NCBI GenBank assembly: GCA_024280935.1
Contig: JAJRPE010000115.1
Span: 12,256-76,255, forward strand
Length of the DNA: 64,000 bases
Source: Candidatus Hydrogenedentota bacterium
Lineage (GTDB): Bacteria; Hydrogenedentota; Hydrogenedentia; Hydrogenedentales; JAEUWI01
Reading direction: 5' to 3'
Shown: in pieces, positions 1-8,939 of the stretch
How the letters are laid out: each line of letters begins with the position of its first letter
How positions within the stretch are numbered: the first letter of the stretch is position 1
Position numbers and translations under genes: made by a program
Notes under the pieces: generated by a model
The model's input: only the letters and a program-made list of their open reading frames with translations
What the model was told of the DNA's origin: nothing
Database searches by the model: none

Positions 1-2151
1 TTTTCGGAGTCCGCCGATATAGATAGTCTGTCCACTGGCGAGATGGGGTGTTGTTTGAATTTCACGTTTTTCCTCTACGGGGACACCATTCACGACCTGG
101 GAAGAGGTGCTTTCCTTCGCAAGAATCTCTGCGATAATGTGATCATCGTGGGTCACCTTGGGGGTCACGGTGAGGGTTGTGCCAATCGGCTTGAACTTGG
201 TGGTCGTTTGGCTACCACCCGCTTGGCTGGTTATCAAATCGACATAGGGGACTTCCGACGCGATGGTAATGGTTGCAGGTTGATTCTCGACGGTAATAAG
301 CTTGGGATTGGAAAGGAGGGTGGAATTGTTGTTGCGAACTTCCGCCTGAATTACACCACGCCAATTGATGTCGCCAGAGAGTAAGCCAAAGCTCAACATA
401 CTGGCCACGTTGTTGCCAACGCTCAGGTTACCATCCAAGCCCAATTCCTGCAATGTGCCCGTAAAGATCCCTGTATTGCCCGCCGCATCACGCCGACTCT
501 GACTCTGTACCGCACTAATCAACCAATCTACCCCGGTGTCCGCCGCATCAGAAAGAGTAATATCCACGATCATGGCATCAATGGCCACCTGCTTGACGGG
601 AATATCCAATTGCTCAAGCAGATCCGTTATCTGCTCGACGATGATAGGTATATCCGTAACCACCAGAATACGGGCACGCTCATCCACCGTAACCTGGCCT
701 ATCTCCTTGGTGAGGATCCCTTGAATAATCTGCACCATATCCGCCGGATTCGCGTAGTTCAACTTGATCGGCATCGTCACCGTAGGAAGCACGCTCTGCT
801 CCACATCGAGGCGCCTGGCCATCGTAAGGAGGGGAAGTATATGGTCGGTCGGCCCCGATACGATGATAGTGTTTGCAGCCTTATTTGAAGAAATACTAAT
901 GTAGGATTCAAATTCCGAGCCGCCGATGACATCCTTCAATGTGCTGGCAATATCCTCCGCCTCGGCAAATTCAATATCAACCACTTCGGTGATTCTATCC
1001 GCAGCGATGGCATCGCGGTAATCCTTGATGTGATAGATGCCCTCTTCTTCCACCATCCCCAAACCGTTCAAACGAAGGGCGGTCTCAATGGCCTGTTCAA
1101 GAGGAACGTTTTTGAGGTTCAGCGACACCGTGCCGACGAGATCGGCACCGGCAACCACATTGATGCCCGCCATGCTGGCAAGAATCTGAACCGCATTCAC
1201 CAATTCCATGTCGCGAAAATCGATCGTGACAGGCTGACGAAGGGGATTGCCTTTCCACACCTTATGGGTCGCTGGTCCCGCCGAGCCTTCCAGTGAAGGT
1301 GCCGAAGCCTCGATCATTTGTTTGGTAAGTGCTTTATTCGCCTCCGTGCTTTTTGTCACCTTGAGTTCCCGCTTCGCGGGCGGCTCAGGTTCTTCTGCTG
1401 CTTCGGCCTCCTCCACAACAGGTGTCTCCGAATCAGCGGTGCCTTCGGCGCTCTCATCATCCTGTGCTGCCAATGCGATCGTTTCATACGTCGCTGTACG
1501 CACATCGGCATCCCGTACCGAGCGCAGCATTGCATTCATCGCATCCCGCGAAGAGTCTCCCCACCAAGCCGCACTCTCGGTCGTATCTGAGAGGTTGGAC
1601 AATGCCAAAAGTTCTGCTTTCAGATCACCCGAAGTGACATCGCTATCCTTCTGAAGTGGATAGGGCGTTTCCACAACGTTAATAGAAAAACTCTGGTCTC
1701 CCCGACGCAGGCGCAATTCCATCACACCGTCGCTCTCATGAGTCTCCACCGTTACACCTGGAGCCAGTGAGAGATTAATTCGGGCCTCAGCCTCGTGCCC
1801 CCAACTGGATTCGACAAGTTCCAGTGACTTGAGCAAAGGATGGTTCACGGCGATCTGCCCGGCAAGGTCTGCTGGAATGCGGCTGTTCATGAGAAGCACG
1901 CGGCAGCCCTGGTCGGCTTCGTTTTCCGCAACGAGAACACCCCGAAGTGCTTCCACGTGCAGCTCCAAATGATTCTCACCTACCCCTTGCGCATCGACAC
2001 GATGGAGCGTTGCGCATTGTGGCACATGAGTTGTCGTGGCAATCTCCGTATTAGCGGCCCCAAACGCGGTGCCGAAACGGAGCGTCGGTGTCATGATGAG
2101 AAGCATTGCCAGTACGACAATAACTCCAGCATTCCATCGCTTCCTGATCAT
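1..2151 (-). CDS. pilQ: Type IV pilus secretin PilQ; the gene runs past the window start, so its C-terminal part is missing here
   Basis: Reverse-strand translation from the ATG at 2151 (GGAG RBS 9 nt upstream) gives a signal-peptide-like N-terminus, a secretin N-domain (DFRDMELVNAVQILASMAGINVV) and the hallmark secretin motif LLSNPKLITVENQPATITIASEVPYV near window position 200-320. It lies immediately downstream of pilP. It is not in the ORF track because it runs off the window. Confidence 0.8.
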   Translation of the reverse strand, partial: MIRKRWNAGVIVVLAMLLIMTPTLRFGTAFGAANTEIATTTHVPQCATLHRVDAQGVGENHLELHVEALRGVLVAENEADQGCRVLLMNSRIPADLAGQIAVNHPLLKSLELVESSWGHEAEARINLSLAPGVTVETHESDGVMELRLRRGDQSFSINVVETPYPLQKDSDVTSGDLKAELLALSNLSDTTESAAWWGDSSRDAMNAMLRSVRDADVRTATYETIALAAQDDESAEGTADSETPVVEEAEAAEEPEPPAKRELKVTKSTEANKALTKQMIEASAPSLEGSAGPATHKVWKGNPLRQPVTIDFRDMELVNAVQILASMAGINVVAGADLVGTVSLNLKNVPLEQAIETALRLNGLGMVEEEGIYHIKDYRDAIAADRITEVVDIEFAEAEDIASTLKDVIGGSEFESYISISSNKAANTIIVSGPTDHILPLLTMARRLDVEQSVLPTVTMPIKLNYANPADMVQIIQGILTKEIGQVTVDERARILVVTDIPIIVEQITDLLEQLDIPVKQVAIDAMIVDITLSDAADTGVDWLISAVQSQSRRDAAGNTGIFTGTLQELGLDGNLSVGNNVASMLSFGLLSGDINWRGVIQAEVRNNNSTLLSNPKLITVENQPATITIASEVPYVDLITSQAGGSQTTTKFKPIGTTLTVTPKVTHDDHIIAEILAKESTSSQVVNGVPVEEKREIQTTPHLASGQTIYIGGLRK

Positions 2152-2154
2152 AAT

Positions 2155-2703
2155 TTATAGCTCCTTCAGCTCTACGGGAATTTCAGCATCGCCCCATTTG
2201 AACCAAACCCGTTTCGGTTCAATCTTGGTTAGGACGACACCGTCCGCATACTGATGTCCTTCTGATACAACTTCATCATCAACAATAGCAACCGGTGCAT
2301 ATTCACTGTATAGAATGCCCGTTACGTTCTTCTGAGCGACATCGTAGACCGTCGTTCCAATCGGCGCGCCGAGCAGACCCTCAGATGAAACTCGGATTCG
2401 GCCAACCAGCGGCGTCATGGGACTCCGACTGATTCTTTCCTCTTCATACCGAAAGGTGACCACCTCAATATTTCTAAGGAGCTTATCGAGATCCACATCC
2501 ACCTTCTTGAGGCGTGTCGGCCCCTTGGAGGGTGCGCTCGGAGCATGGGCCGTTGCGACCTTCTGGACTCCGCCTGAGCTACCACCGCCACCAGGCGGTG
2601 CGCCCGACCCCCCTGCGATGAAGATCTGATAGACGAGAACAAGGACCAGGACGGTGCCCAGAACCCCAGCGACTATGATTTCTTTTTTATTTTCCTGGTT
2701 CAT
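2155..2703 (-). CDS. pilP: PilP-like pilus assembly lipoprotein
   Basis: 182 aa with an N-terminal TM/lipoprotein-like segment, a Gly/Pro/Ser linker and a C-terminal beta domain. Its position between pilO and pilQ supports the call. It overlaps pilO by 17 bp. Confidence 0.5.
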   Translation of the reverse strand: MNQENKKEIIVAGVLGTVLVLVLVYQIFIAGGSGAPPGGGGSSGGVQKVATAHAPSAPSKGPTRLKKVDVDLDKLLRNIEVVTFRYEEERISRSPMTPLVGRIRVSSEGLLGAPIGTTVYDVAQKNVTGILYSEYAPVAIVDDEVVSEGHQYADGVVLTKIEPKRVWFKWGDAEIPVELKEL

Positions 2704-3277
2704 TGCTTGCTACGCTCGCAGTGGGTGCCTGAATGAATCGAAAAGTGCTGAGATGAAACTGCGCCTCGGAAATTCCGGCAATTTCCTCTCCAATATCCAA
2801 GTTTGAGACCTTTAAGTAGCGCTTGTCACGCTCCAAGAGATTGATAAACTGCACGATATCGTGAAAACCGCCCCGCGCTATAATCTCATAGGGGATAGTT
2901 TCCTTATTCGTGTCCGTCTTGGTGGGCAGCTGAATCAGTTCAACACCCAAGCCGAGGCTGTTGGCATCGGCCTCGAATTGCTCAAGCAGCTTGGGAATGT
3001 CCCGCTCTTCGGGCAAGCGCTCTTCGAAGAGTTCCACAAGACGCTGCGCCTTGACGGCCTCCTCCTTAAACTCTTTGAATTTTGCCTTGGTTTCCCGCGC
3101 CGCCTTCAACTCCTTAGTGGCCTCCTTGAGGTCGTTCTGAACAACGACAAGCCGCTCTTGCTGCTTTTTGGCGATCCCAAAATAGAAGCCTCCGCAAAGC
3201 AGCGCTGTAACCGCAAGAACCCCGGCCACGAACGCCCAGTCTTTGGGAGTGACCGTGCCTTTGAAGAAATCAAACAT
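2687..3277 (-). CDS. pilO: PilO-like type IV pilus inner-membrane assembly protein
   Basis: 196 aa with a single N-terminal TM helix followed by a long coiled coil, as in PilO. Gene order pilM-N-O-P-Q. Confidence 0.6.
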   Translation of the reverse strand: MFDFFKGTVTPKDWAFVAGVLAVTALLCGGFYFGIAKKQQERLVVVQNDLKEATKELKAARETKAKFKEFKEEAVKAQRLVELFEERLPEERDIPKLLEQFEADANSLGLGVELIQLPTKTDTNKETIPYEIIARGGFHDIVQFINLLERDKRYLKVSNLDIGEEIAGISEAQFHLSTFRFIQAPTASVASNEPGK

Positions 3278-3951
3278 CAGTTTCCGCCTCCCGCTTCAAT
3301 TTCGTACTCCAACACGAAACCGCGAACCGCGTAGCCGTTGTACTCCGCGTCAAGAATTTGCGGACGGTCCAAGGTAAATATGCTCGCAAACTCAGGATCC
3401 TCCGTTGTGTTGAAGGTAAGGGGGTTGATCTTGTTTGAACCCTCTTCGTTGTTGATGACGTAGCCCGATATCTCAAGCATGGGCCGCTTTACATTGACCG
3501 TCTTTACCTTCTCTTTCTTGGTCCGCTTGTCGATCTCGGGCTTGCCTGTTTTCTCATCAATGACCACATGTTCTTCTCGAACCGTCTTGTAAGTCACCCA
3601 TATACGCTTGTACCAGAAATTCTCGGGCGTAAGCGAGGCCAAACCGTGCAGCTGCTTTGACCAAATAATACGGTCACTCAGGATTTCCTGAATCACATTA
3701 ATCTTGTTTTCCAATTGCAGCTTTTTTTCGCTGAGCGCGTTGTACTCGTCGACGACATCCTTCAGCTCGTCCAAACCTTTTTTCGCCTGCACCAATTCTT
3801 GTGTCCTGTCGCTGATTTCCCCCAGCTTGCCGAAGAACATGAGGCCCATGCCCGCAACCGCGAACGCAAGAAGCATCAAACTCAAGAGATGGGGCAAAGG
3901 CGTCCGCTTAATGGGCCGCAGTTCCTCTGGGAGCAGATTTACAACAATCAT
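3277..3951 (-). CDS. pilN: PilN-like type IV pilus assembly protein
   Basis: Starts MIVVNLLPEELRP, the INLLP PilN signature. One TM helix and a coiled coil. It overlaps pilM by 4 bp (ATGA) and pilO by 1 bp. Confidence 0.7.
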   Translation of the reverse strand: MIVVNLLPEELRPIKRTPLPHLLSLMLLAFAVAGMGLMFFGKLGEISDRTQELVQAKKGLDELKDVVDEYNALSEKKLQLENKINVIQEILSDRIIWSKQLHGLASLTPENFWYKRIWVTYKTVREEHVVIDEKTGKPEIDKRTKKEKVKTVNVKRPMLEISGYVINNEEGSNKINPLTFNTTEDPEFASIFTLDRPQILDAEYNGYAVRGFVLEYEIEAGGGN

Positions 3952-5393
3952 AGGTCAGCCATCCCGCGTGCTGCGAGTCCGACGGCAACCATGAATTGCG
4001 CCGGCTGTTCGAGCATTCTGCCCATTGACATATCGTCGGCCACGAATAGCGCACTATTGGTTGGATCCGCCACGTCGACCGACTCAACCCCCAACTCATC
4101 AAGCAGGGTGGTACATACAAGGGAGGAATGGGCGATGCCTCCGCTTATCACCAGCCGATCCACAGGGCGCTCGTAAAGTTGGTGTTCATAATAATCGAAG
4201 GAACGACGAATTTCAGTAACCATCTTCGCAAGTGACACAAGGACCGTCTCCCTTATGTCCGGCTCAACTTCCTCCGCCATCCCCATTGGCGAAGCCGCTT
4301 GGAGACCGGAAAAGGAATCATCAAAGCCACCCCCGAGTTCATCGTCAAGAGGATCCAACAGGGAACTGCCTCCAGGCGCGCTGATAGGTGCTACCGGTGC
4401 CGCTTCTCCAAAAGGATCGTCACCAAAATCGGTAATAGAATCGGGTGTCTGTATACCTTCACCAGCATCGCTGAAGGTATCATCAAGATTCTCCACGATG
4501 GGAACCGCCGATGCCTCCACCTCTTCCATCTCTTCCATCAGGGCATTCGCACCGAGAGCCTCGGCACCAGCCTCCTCCTTGAACAAAAACTCTTGCAGAC
4601 GGCTTTCCGCCTCCTCGTACTCGCAACGAAGATCTTTCGCGATAGCGTGAATCAACTCACGGGAACCCCAGTTTACATCGCGAATGAAGTTTGATATACC
4701 ATCTTTCACAAAGTGTATGCTTGCCGAAGTCAAACCAATATTGACCAGGGCCACCGTTTCGCCGACACGCAAAAAGTCGCATGCCTCGGCAGCATCCGCC
4801 AAAGCAAGGGAGTCTATCCCGAGGATGGCATACTCAAGATCAGCCGCATCCATAATCTGAACGCGGGAATCGATAATCTCGTGTTTGGCCGCCACCAGCA
4901 GCACTTTCAACTGTCGCTGACCACCCTCTTCCACCTCATCAAGCAACGCCCAATCCAACGACACTTCAGCCAAGTCGTAGGGAATGTTCTGACCTGCCTC
5001 GCGACTCACAATTTCGCCGAGCTGATCACGGCTTGACTCGGCATAACGCGGGTAGCGAATTACTGCTGTCTGACCAGGCAAGGCCCCCACAATCTGGCTG
5101 GAATTCAGGTTCATATTGACCAACGCCTCGCTCACGGCAGCAGCGTGGGCGACAACCGGATCGGCGTTCACCTGATTTCGGTCCACCTCAGCATAGCCCA
5201 CCTCGTCAATACAGAGGCGACCACCCCGACGAGACATCTGAACCGCCTTGACAGCGTAGGTGCCGATATCGAGGCCTATCGATTTCTTTGCCTTAAAGAA
5301 CAGCAATAAACCCAAGCTCCTCTGTGAACCGCGCAAGACGATGCCAGGTCGGGCCACAATGCTCCAAGGCAAACGCTCTTCGCGAAACGCCAA
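3948..5393 (-). CDS. pilM: PilM-like actin-fold ATPase with a roughly 100-aa acidic low-complexity insertion. The annotated start is probably over-extended; the real start is likely nearer KKSIGLDIGTYAVKAV
   Basis: IGLDIGTYAVKAVQMS is the PilM/FtsA phosphate-1 motif. An acidic run (EEAGAEALGANALMEEMEEVEA...DPLDDELGGGFDDSF) is inserted in mid-protein. It is the first gene of the pil operon. Confidence 0.75.
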   Translation of the reverse strand: MAFREERLPWSIVARPGIVLRGSQRSLGLLLFFKAKKSIGLDIGTYAVKAVQMSRRGGRLCIDEVGYAEVDRNQVNADPVVAHAAAVSEALVNMNLNSSQIVGALPGQTAVIRYPRYAESSRDQLGEIVSREAGQNIPYDLAEVSLDWALLDEVEEGGQRQLKVLLVAAKHEIIDSRVQIMDAADLEYAILGIDSLALADAAEACDFLRVGETVALVNIGLTSASIHFVKDGISNFIRDVNWGSRELIHAIAKDLRCEYEEAESRLQEFLFKEEAGAEALGANALMEEMEEVEASAVPIVENLDDTFSDAGEGIQTPDSITDFGDDPFGEAAPVAPISAPGGSSLLDPLDDELGGGFDDSFSGLQAASPMGMAEEVEPDIRETVLVSLAKMVTEIRRSFDYYEHQLYERPVDRLVISGGIAHSSLVCTTLLDELGVESVDVADPTNSALFVADDMSMGRMLEQPAQFMVAVGLAARGMADL

Positions 5394-6180
5394 CGACGGG
5401 CCGAACCCTTGTTTTGCGCAGTATTACCACAACACCTGTTCCGAACGTTGCGACCACGCCATTTTGTGGTCATCACCAATTATTCACCAAACTTGGTCTG
5501 GTATTGACCAAGTCGGCCAGCGGCACGGGCTGTACCAAGCCATCTGCGTCATCTACTGTAGTAATCAGTTGACTAACGCGATCACCAGGACCAGCCTGCA
5601 TATTTAGTTTACGCACTCCTCGCTAGTTTGTCAAGTATTTACTTTATAAAAAAAATGGGCCGCCATCTCTGGCGACCCATCCACCATCTATATATTCAAT
5701 TCCCCGCTCATGCCGTCCGACAATGAGCGCATAATACCTTTCCCTCAAAAGGGGGGCGTCTTCACGGCAGCCTTTCGCCTTCCACTCAAAAACTGGAGGC
5801 TTGGCGTTGGCTACTCAAATATCAAACACCCAGTACATGCGAAAGGTGCGGCGCACAGTTGCCATAACGCACACAGCAGGGAAAAATGGTGTCAAATCTT
5901 GGTTTTTCAGCAAACACTGGAAATGATTGTCACGCTTCACGCCGTCTTGCTACACGTGGCGCAACGGGATCATTATAGCACGTGATCGCCCCGAAGCGGC
6001 AAGAGGGGTCGCTCTTTCTGGGATTGAAATGGGGAAAGCGGAATTAAATTTGCTCGTCGAGGTGTTTCCTACAACGTTGAGCGGTCTCTGTCGCACGCTC
6101 CACGGTTGGATTGGTGCGAGCAGCTCGACTACAATGAGGCACGAGTGCAAAAGCACCGTCATCCAGGAGTTTGATTCCCC

Positions 6181-6933
6181 GTGAATATCTCATCTAATCC
6201 AGCACCGGACGCATCCGATCCACTGGAGTATTTCGTGCTGCCTCGGACCGTCCGGCGCCAAGTTTTGGCCTGTTCCGCTCTATCCGACAAAAAATCGGCT
6301 GGTGACGTATTTTACCTGTGGATACAACTGGATCCCGATGGTGAATCCCCTGCTATCGCGCCCGACAACTGGCTGAACGTGATCGACGAGGCTGCCGCCA
6401 TTGGCGCAAACTGGCTGGTCATCACACTGGGCGATCAGGAAAGGCCGCCTGAACACGTGGATGCCATGTGTCATTGGGCGCAGGACACGCATAAGATGAC
6501 GGTGTGTCTGCATAGTCTGGAATCAAAACTCCACCCAATGGTCGAATCGCTGGTTGTGTCCTTGGCCCAGGAGCTTACCTATCTGCTCGTGGAACCGAAA
6601 CATACGCACGCATTTGAGTCACTACGCGAACGCGGCGTGCGCGTCGGTCTGGCCAATCCAGCCCCCCACGACAGCGACACGGCGTGTGAATTCCCCTACA
6701 AGATGGTGTTCGTCGATGCTGGCGGCAACCTGTACACCTGTGGATTGGTTGCAGGCGAACAGGAGTTCTTTCTTGGTTCCGTATTCAACGGCAGCCTCGA
6801 ACAAATCACGCACAACCCCCAACTCCCCCATTCCGTTGCCGCATCAAAAGAGCGCACCGAGGACGGGTGCAGCGGATGTCCACCTTTGGTAGCAAAATAC
6901 CTCTGTAAGGAACAGCACGGGGTCACTGATTAA
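6181..6933 (+). CDS. Radical-SAM/SPASM-like protein lacking the CxxxCxxC cluster motif (a degenerate maturase-like protein)
   Basis: GTG start at 6181 with an in-frame TGA at 6172, so no upstream extension is possible. LNVIDEAAAIGANWLVITLGDQERP resembles the rSAM TIM-barrel segment before GGEPLL. The C-terminal CEFPYKMVFVDAGGNLYTCGLVAGEQEFFLGSVFNGSLEQI...CSGCPPLVAKYLC resembles a SPASM/twitch domain. Only one Cys is present where CxxxCxxC should be. Confidence 0.4.
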   Translation: MNISSNPAPDASDPLEYFVLPRTVRRQVLACSALSDKKSAGDVFYLWIQLDPDGESPAIAPDNWLNVIDEAAAIGANWLVITLGDQERPPEHVDAMCHWAQDTHKMTVCLHSLESKLHPMVESLVVSLAQELTYLLVEPKHTHAFESLRERGVRVGLANPAPHDSDTACEFPYKMVFVDAGGNLYTCGLVAGEQEFFLGSVFNGSLEQITHNPQLPHSVAASKERTEDGCSGCPPLVAKYLCKEQHGVTD

Positions 6934-7162
6934 GCCCAACCTCGCGAAGCACCTCGTCCAGGGATTCATCCGACAGGGCACCATCGGCCAGCTCGACGAC
7001 GGCCGCCCGATAGTCTTCCTCGGTAAAATAGAAGCCACATTCGGCCCCCAGCTTAACCACATGGGCCAGCCCCCCCTTCCCTTGAAAACCGTTGACCGCT
7101 TCCTGCAATGCCGGGCTTTCACCGATTCGGCTTATAAATGCTGTGGCGTTGGATTGCGACAT
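6923..7162 (-). CDS. Nif11-domain small protein (Nif11/NHLP leader-like, 79 aa)
   Basis: AFISRIGESPALQEAV...AHVVKLGAECGFYFTEEDY matches the Nif11 domain pattern. The tail ALSDESLDEV resembles the LSDEELExV motif of Nif11-class leaders, but there is no GG and only 8 residues follow. The start ATG overlaps the stop of the upstream regulator (TGATG). Confidence 0.55.
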   Translation of the reverse strand: MSQSNATAFISRIGESPALQEAVNGFQGKGGLAHVVKLGAECGFYFTEEDYRAAVVELADGALSDESLDEVLREVGLNQ

Positions 7163-8655
7163 CAGTCCTTCTCCGAAGCGTCTGCCAGGGATGCGCGTGC
7201 GCCGTTAACGACGCGCATCGCGGTATTCGCATCCAGTTTCAGCGCTGCCAACGAACTTTTCTGGTCTGCAAACAGGGCCTTCCTGGCGTCGTCTCCCGTG
7301 TAAGACAGGGCAAGCGAAAGGTTCAAGAGGCGCGCCAGGGCTTCGGCCTCCTCTGCCTCCTCAGGCTCAATATAGTGTCGAAGCGCTTTGGACAGGGGCT
7401 TTGGAAAGCGCCACCTCTCCGCAATAACACCTGCCGCAACCGCATGGTCCATACTGAAAAGTTTCTGCTCCGCAGCCAATAGTTCGGCACCGTAGAGATG
7501 GGATTTCACACGCTTATATTTGGTCGGGGATATACTCAACAGCGCAAGGCGCCCCAGCTCTCCAAGCATGCCGAGACTACAGGCTGCATGCTCACCCACG
7601 ACCCCGCCCTCGCGGGCCAAGCCTTGGGCAACTGTGGCCGTAAGACGACTCCGCTGAAACAACGCCCCAAGCGGCTCCAGGACCTTGGGAGAAACGGGCT
7701 CAACAAGCTCTCCGAGCACCCCCAACACGCCTGCCTTTCCAAGGAGCACAACCGCCATGGGGATGCTCTCGATTTGACCTGGCACACCATAGATATCACT
7801 GTTGGCCACGCGCATGAGAAAGGCACCTAAGCTCGGCTCTTCGAGAACCAGGCGCGCAACCCCACTCAACGAGGACTCCGAAGCCACGGCCTCCCTCAAC
7901 ACGTTCAGGCGCTCCTTGCCCAAAAATACCCCGTCCCACGCCGCGACCTTCTCATTCACCCGCTCTTTGGAATCTTTGGTGGTGTCCAGCATGTTGTCAA
8001 AGCTGGACAATGTCAACTCAAATTGGCTTCGATCAGGATAGTACCTCTGCACCGCAGCATGGATATCTTCCAATTTACAGAGCATCGCCTTGACGCGGAG
8101 ACCGGTCGTCCGCTCCAGCAACGTAATGGTGGCGGTGTCCAGCGGACAAGCCATGGCCACCGTGAGCAACTTACCCAGGCGATCAATCGGCAGGACCAGA
8201 CTCTCCACAGCCAACTTCTTGGGCACAAGCTCGATCAGATCCGGCGCGATTTCGAAACGAGCCAAATCGATGGTCGCGATACCCGGCTGGCGCGACAGCA
8301 CATCGTGGAGTTTGTCTTTATCCAGATGCCCCAGGGCGATGAGCAGTTCAAAGGTCTTCCCCCCTTGGGTCCTCTGCTTGTTGAGCGCGTCCTGAAGTTG
8401 GACCTCCGTTATTATCCCGGCATCAATCAGCAATTGGCCGATAGGGGCGTGGGCGGGCGGCGTGTCGCTCTGCTCGGAAAAACCGGGCTGTCCTTCGGGC
8501 GGCTCTGACGGTAGTGGAACGGCGTTTTCTTCGCTGCTTTTAATGTGGGCGGCACATCGAACACACTTGAAGGTTCTCCCGGTGGCATCCACCGGGATCT
8601 TCATCTTTTGACCGCACGTACACGTAAGAACGAGCATTGATGGACTCTCAGACAT
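7162..8655 (-). CDS. Regulatory protein: MJ0042-type zinc ribbon + GspE/MshE N-terminal (MshEN-like) domain + HDOD domain
   Basis: ATG at 8655 is preceded by AGGAGG 7 nt upstream. The longer track ORF starting at 8781 is probably over-extended. Zinc ribbon: LTCTCGQKMKIP...KCVRC. T2SE_Nter-like: LIDAGIITEVQLQDALNKQ...LIALGHL...LVPKKLAVESLVLPIDRLGKLLTVAMACPLD. HDOD-like: LGKAGVLGVLGEL...HAACSLGMLGELGRLALL. Confidence 0.6.
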   Translation of the reverse strand: MSESPSMLVLTCTCGQKMKIPVDATGRTFKCVRCAAHIKSSEENAVPLPSEPPEGQPGFSEQSDTPPAHAPIGQLLIDAGIITEVQLQDALNKQRTQGGKTFELLIALGHLDKDKLHDVLSRQPGIATIDLARFEIAPDLIELVPKKLAVESLVLPIDRLGKLLTVAMACPLDTATITLLERTTGLRVKAMLCKLEDIHAAVQRYYPDRSQFELTLSSFDNMLDTTKDSKERVNEKVAAWDGVFLGKERLNVLREAVASESSLSGVARLVLEEPSLGAFLMRVANSDIYGVPGQIESIPMAVVLLGKAGVLGVLGELVEPVSPKVLEPLGALFQRSRLTATVAQGLAREGGVVGEHAACSLGMLGELGRLALLSISPTKYKRVKSHLYGAELLAAEQKLFSMDHAVAAGVIAERWRFPKPLSKALRHYIEPEEAEEAEALARLLNLSLALSYTGDDARKALFADQKSSLAALKLDANTAMRVVNGARASLADASEKD

Positions 8656-8939
8656 CAAACACCTCCTGGACCCCGTCGTAAAACCTGGCGTGCGATCCTG
8701 GCGGACCGGTCCGCCCATATTCCAGATCGAGTATTGCCGAACTGCTGCCACAAGAGTGTGAATAGCACACATGGTTGACAACAGTTTCCGCTCAGTATGT
8801 TACACTAGATGGCACGCAAAGCGAAACCAAGCACCTGCGCATCTGCGTTCACACAAGGCACGACAAACAAAATCTTCCATGGCACGAAGCAGTCGGATCC
8901 ACAGACACCGGCTGTGCCCCTGCCACCTTGGAGTCCGGT

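Noticed and set aside
43-2160. Several plus-strand ORFs (up to 135 aa) at the start of the window
   Set aside because: They are antisense to the pilQ secretin reading frame, which carries unmistakable secretin motifs on the minus strand.
6923-7162. Nif11-like ORF as a bona fide RiPP precursor with a core peptide
   Set aside because: There is no GG/GA cleavage motif and only 8 residues follow the leader-like LSDESLDEV. The adjacent rSAM-like gene is convergent and lacks its Fe-S motif. It is kept as a finding, but not called a RiPP cluster.
8775-8939. The 55-aa N-terminal extension of the giant protein from the ORF-track start
   Set aside because: The ATG at 8940 has a GGAG RBS and begins the coiled-coil-compatible sequence. 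The upstream extension is Cys/His-rich and lies in the divergent promoter region.
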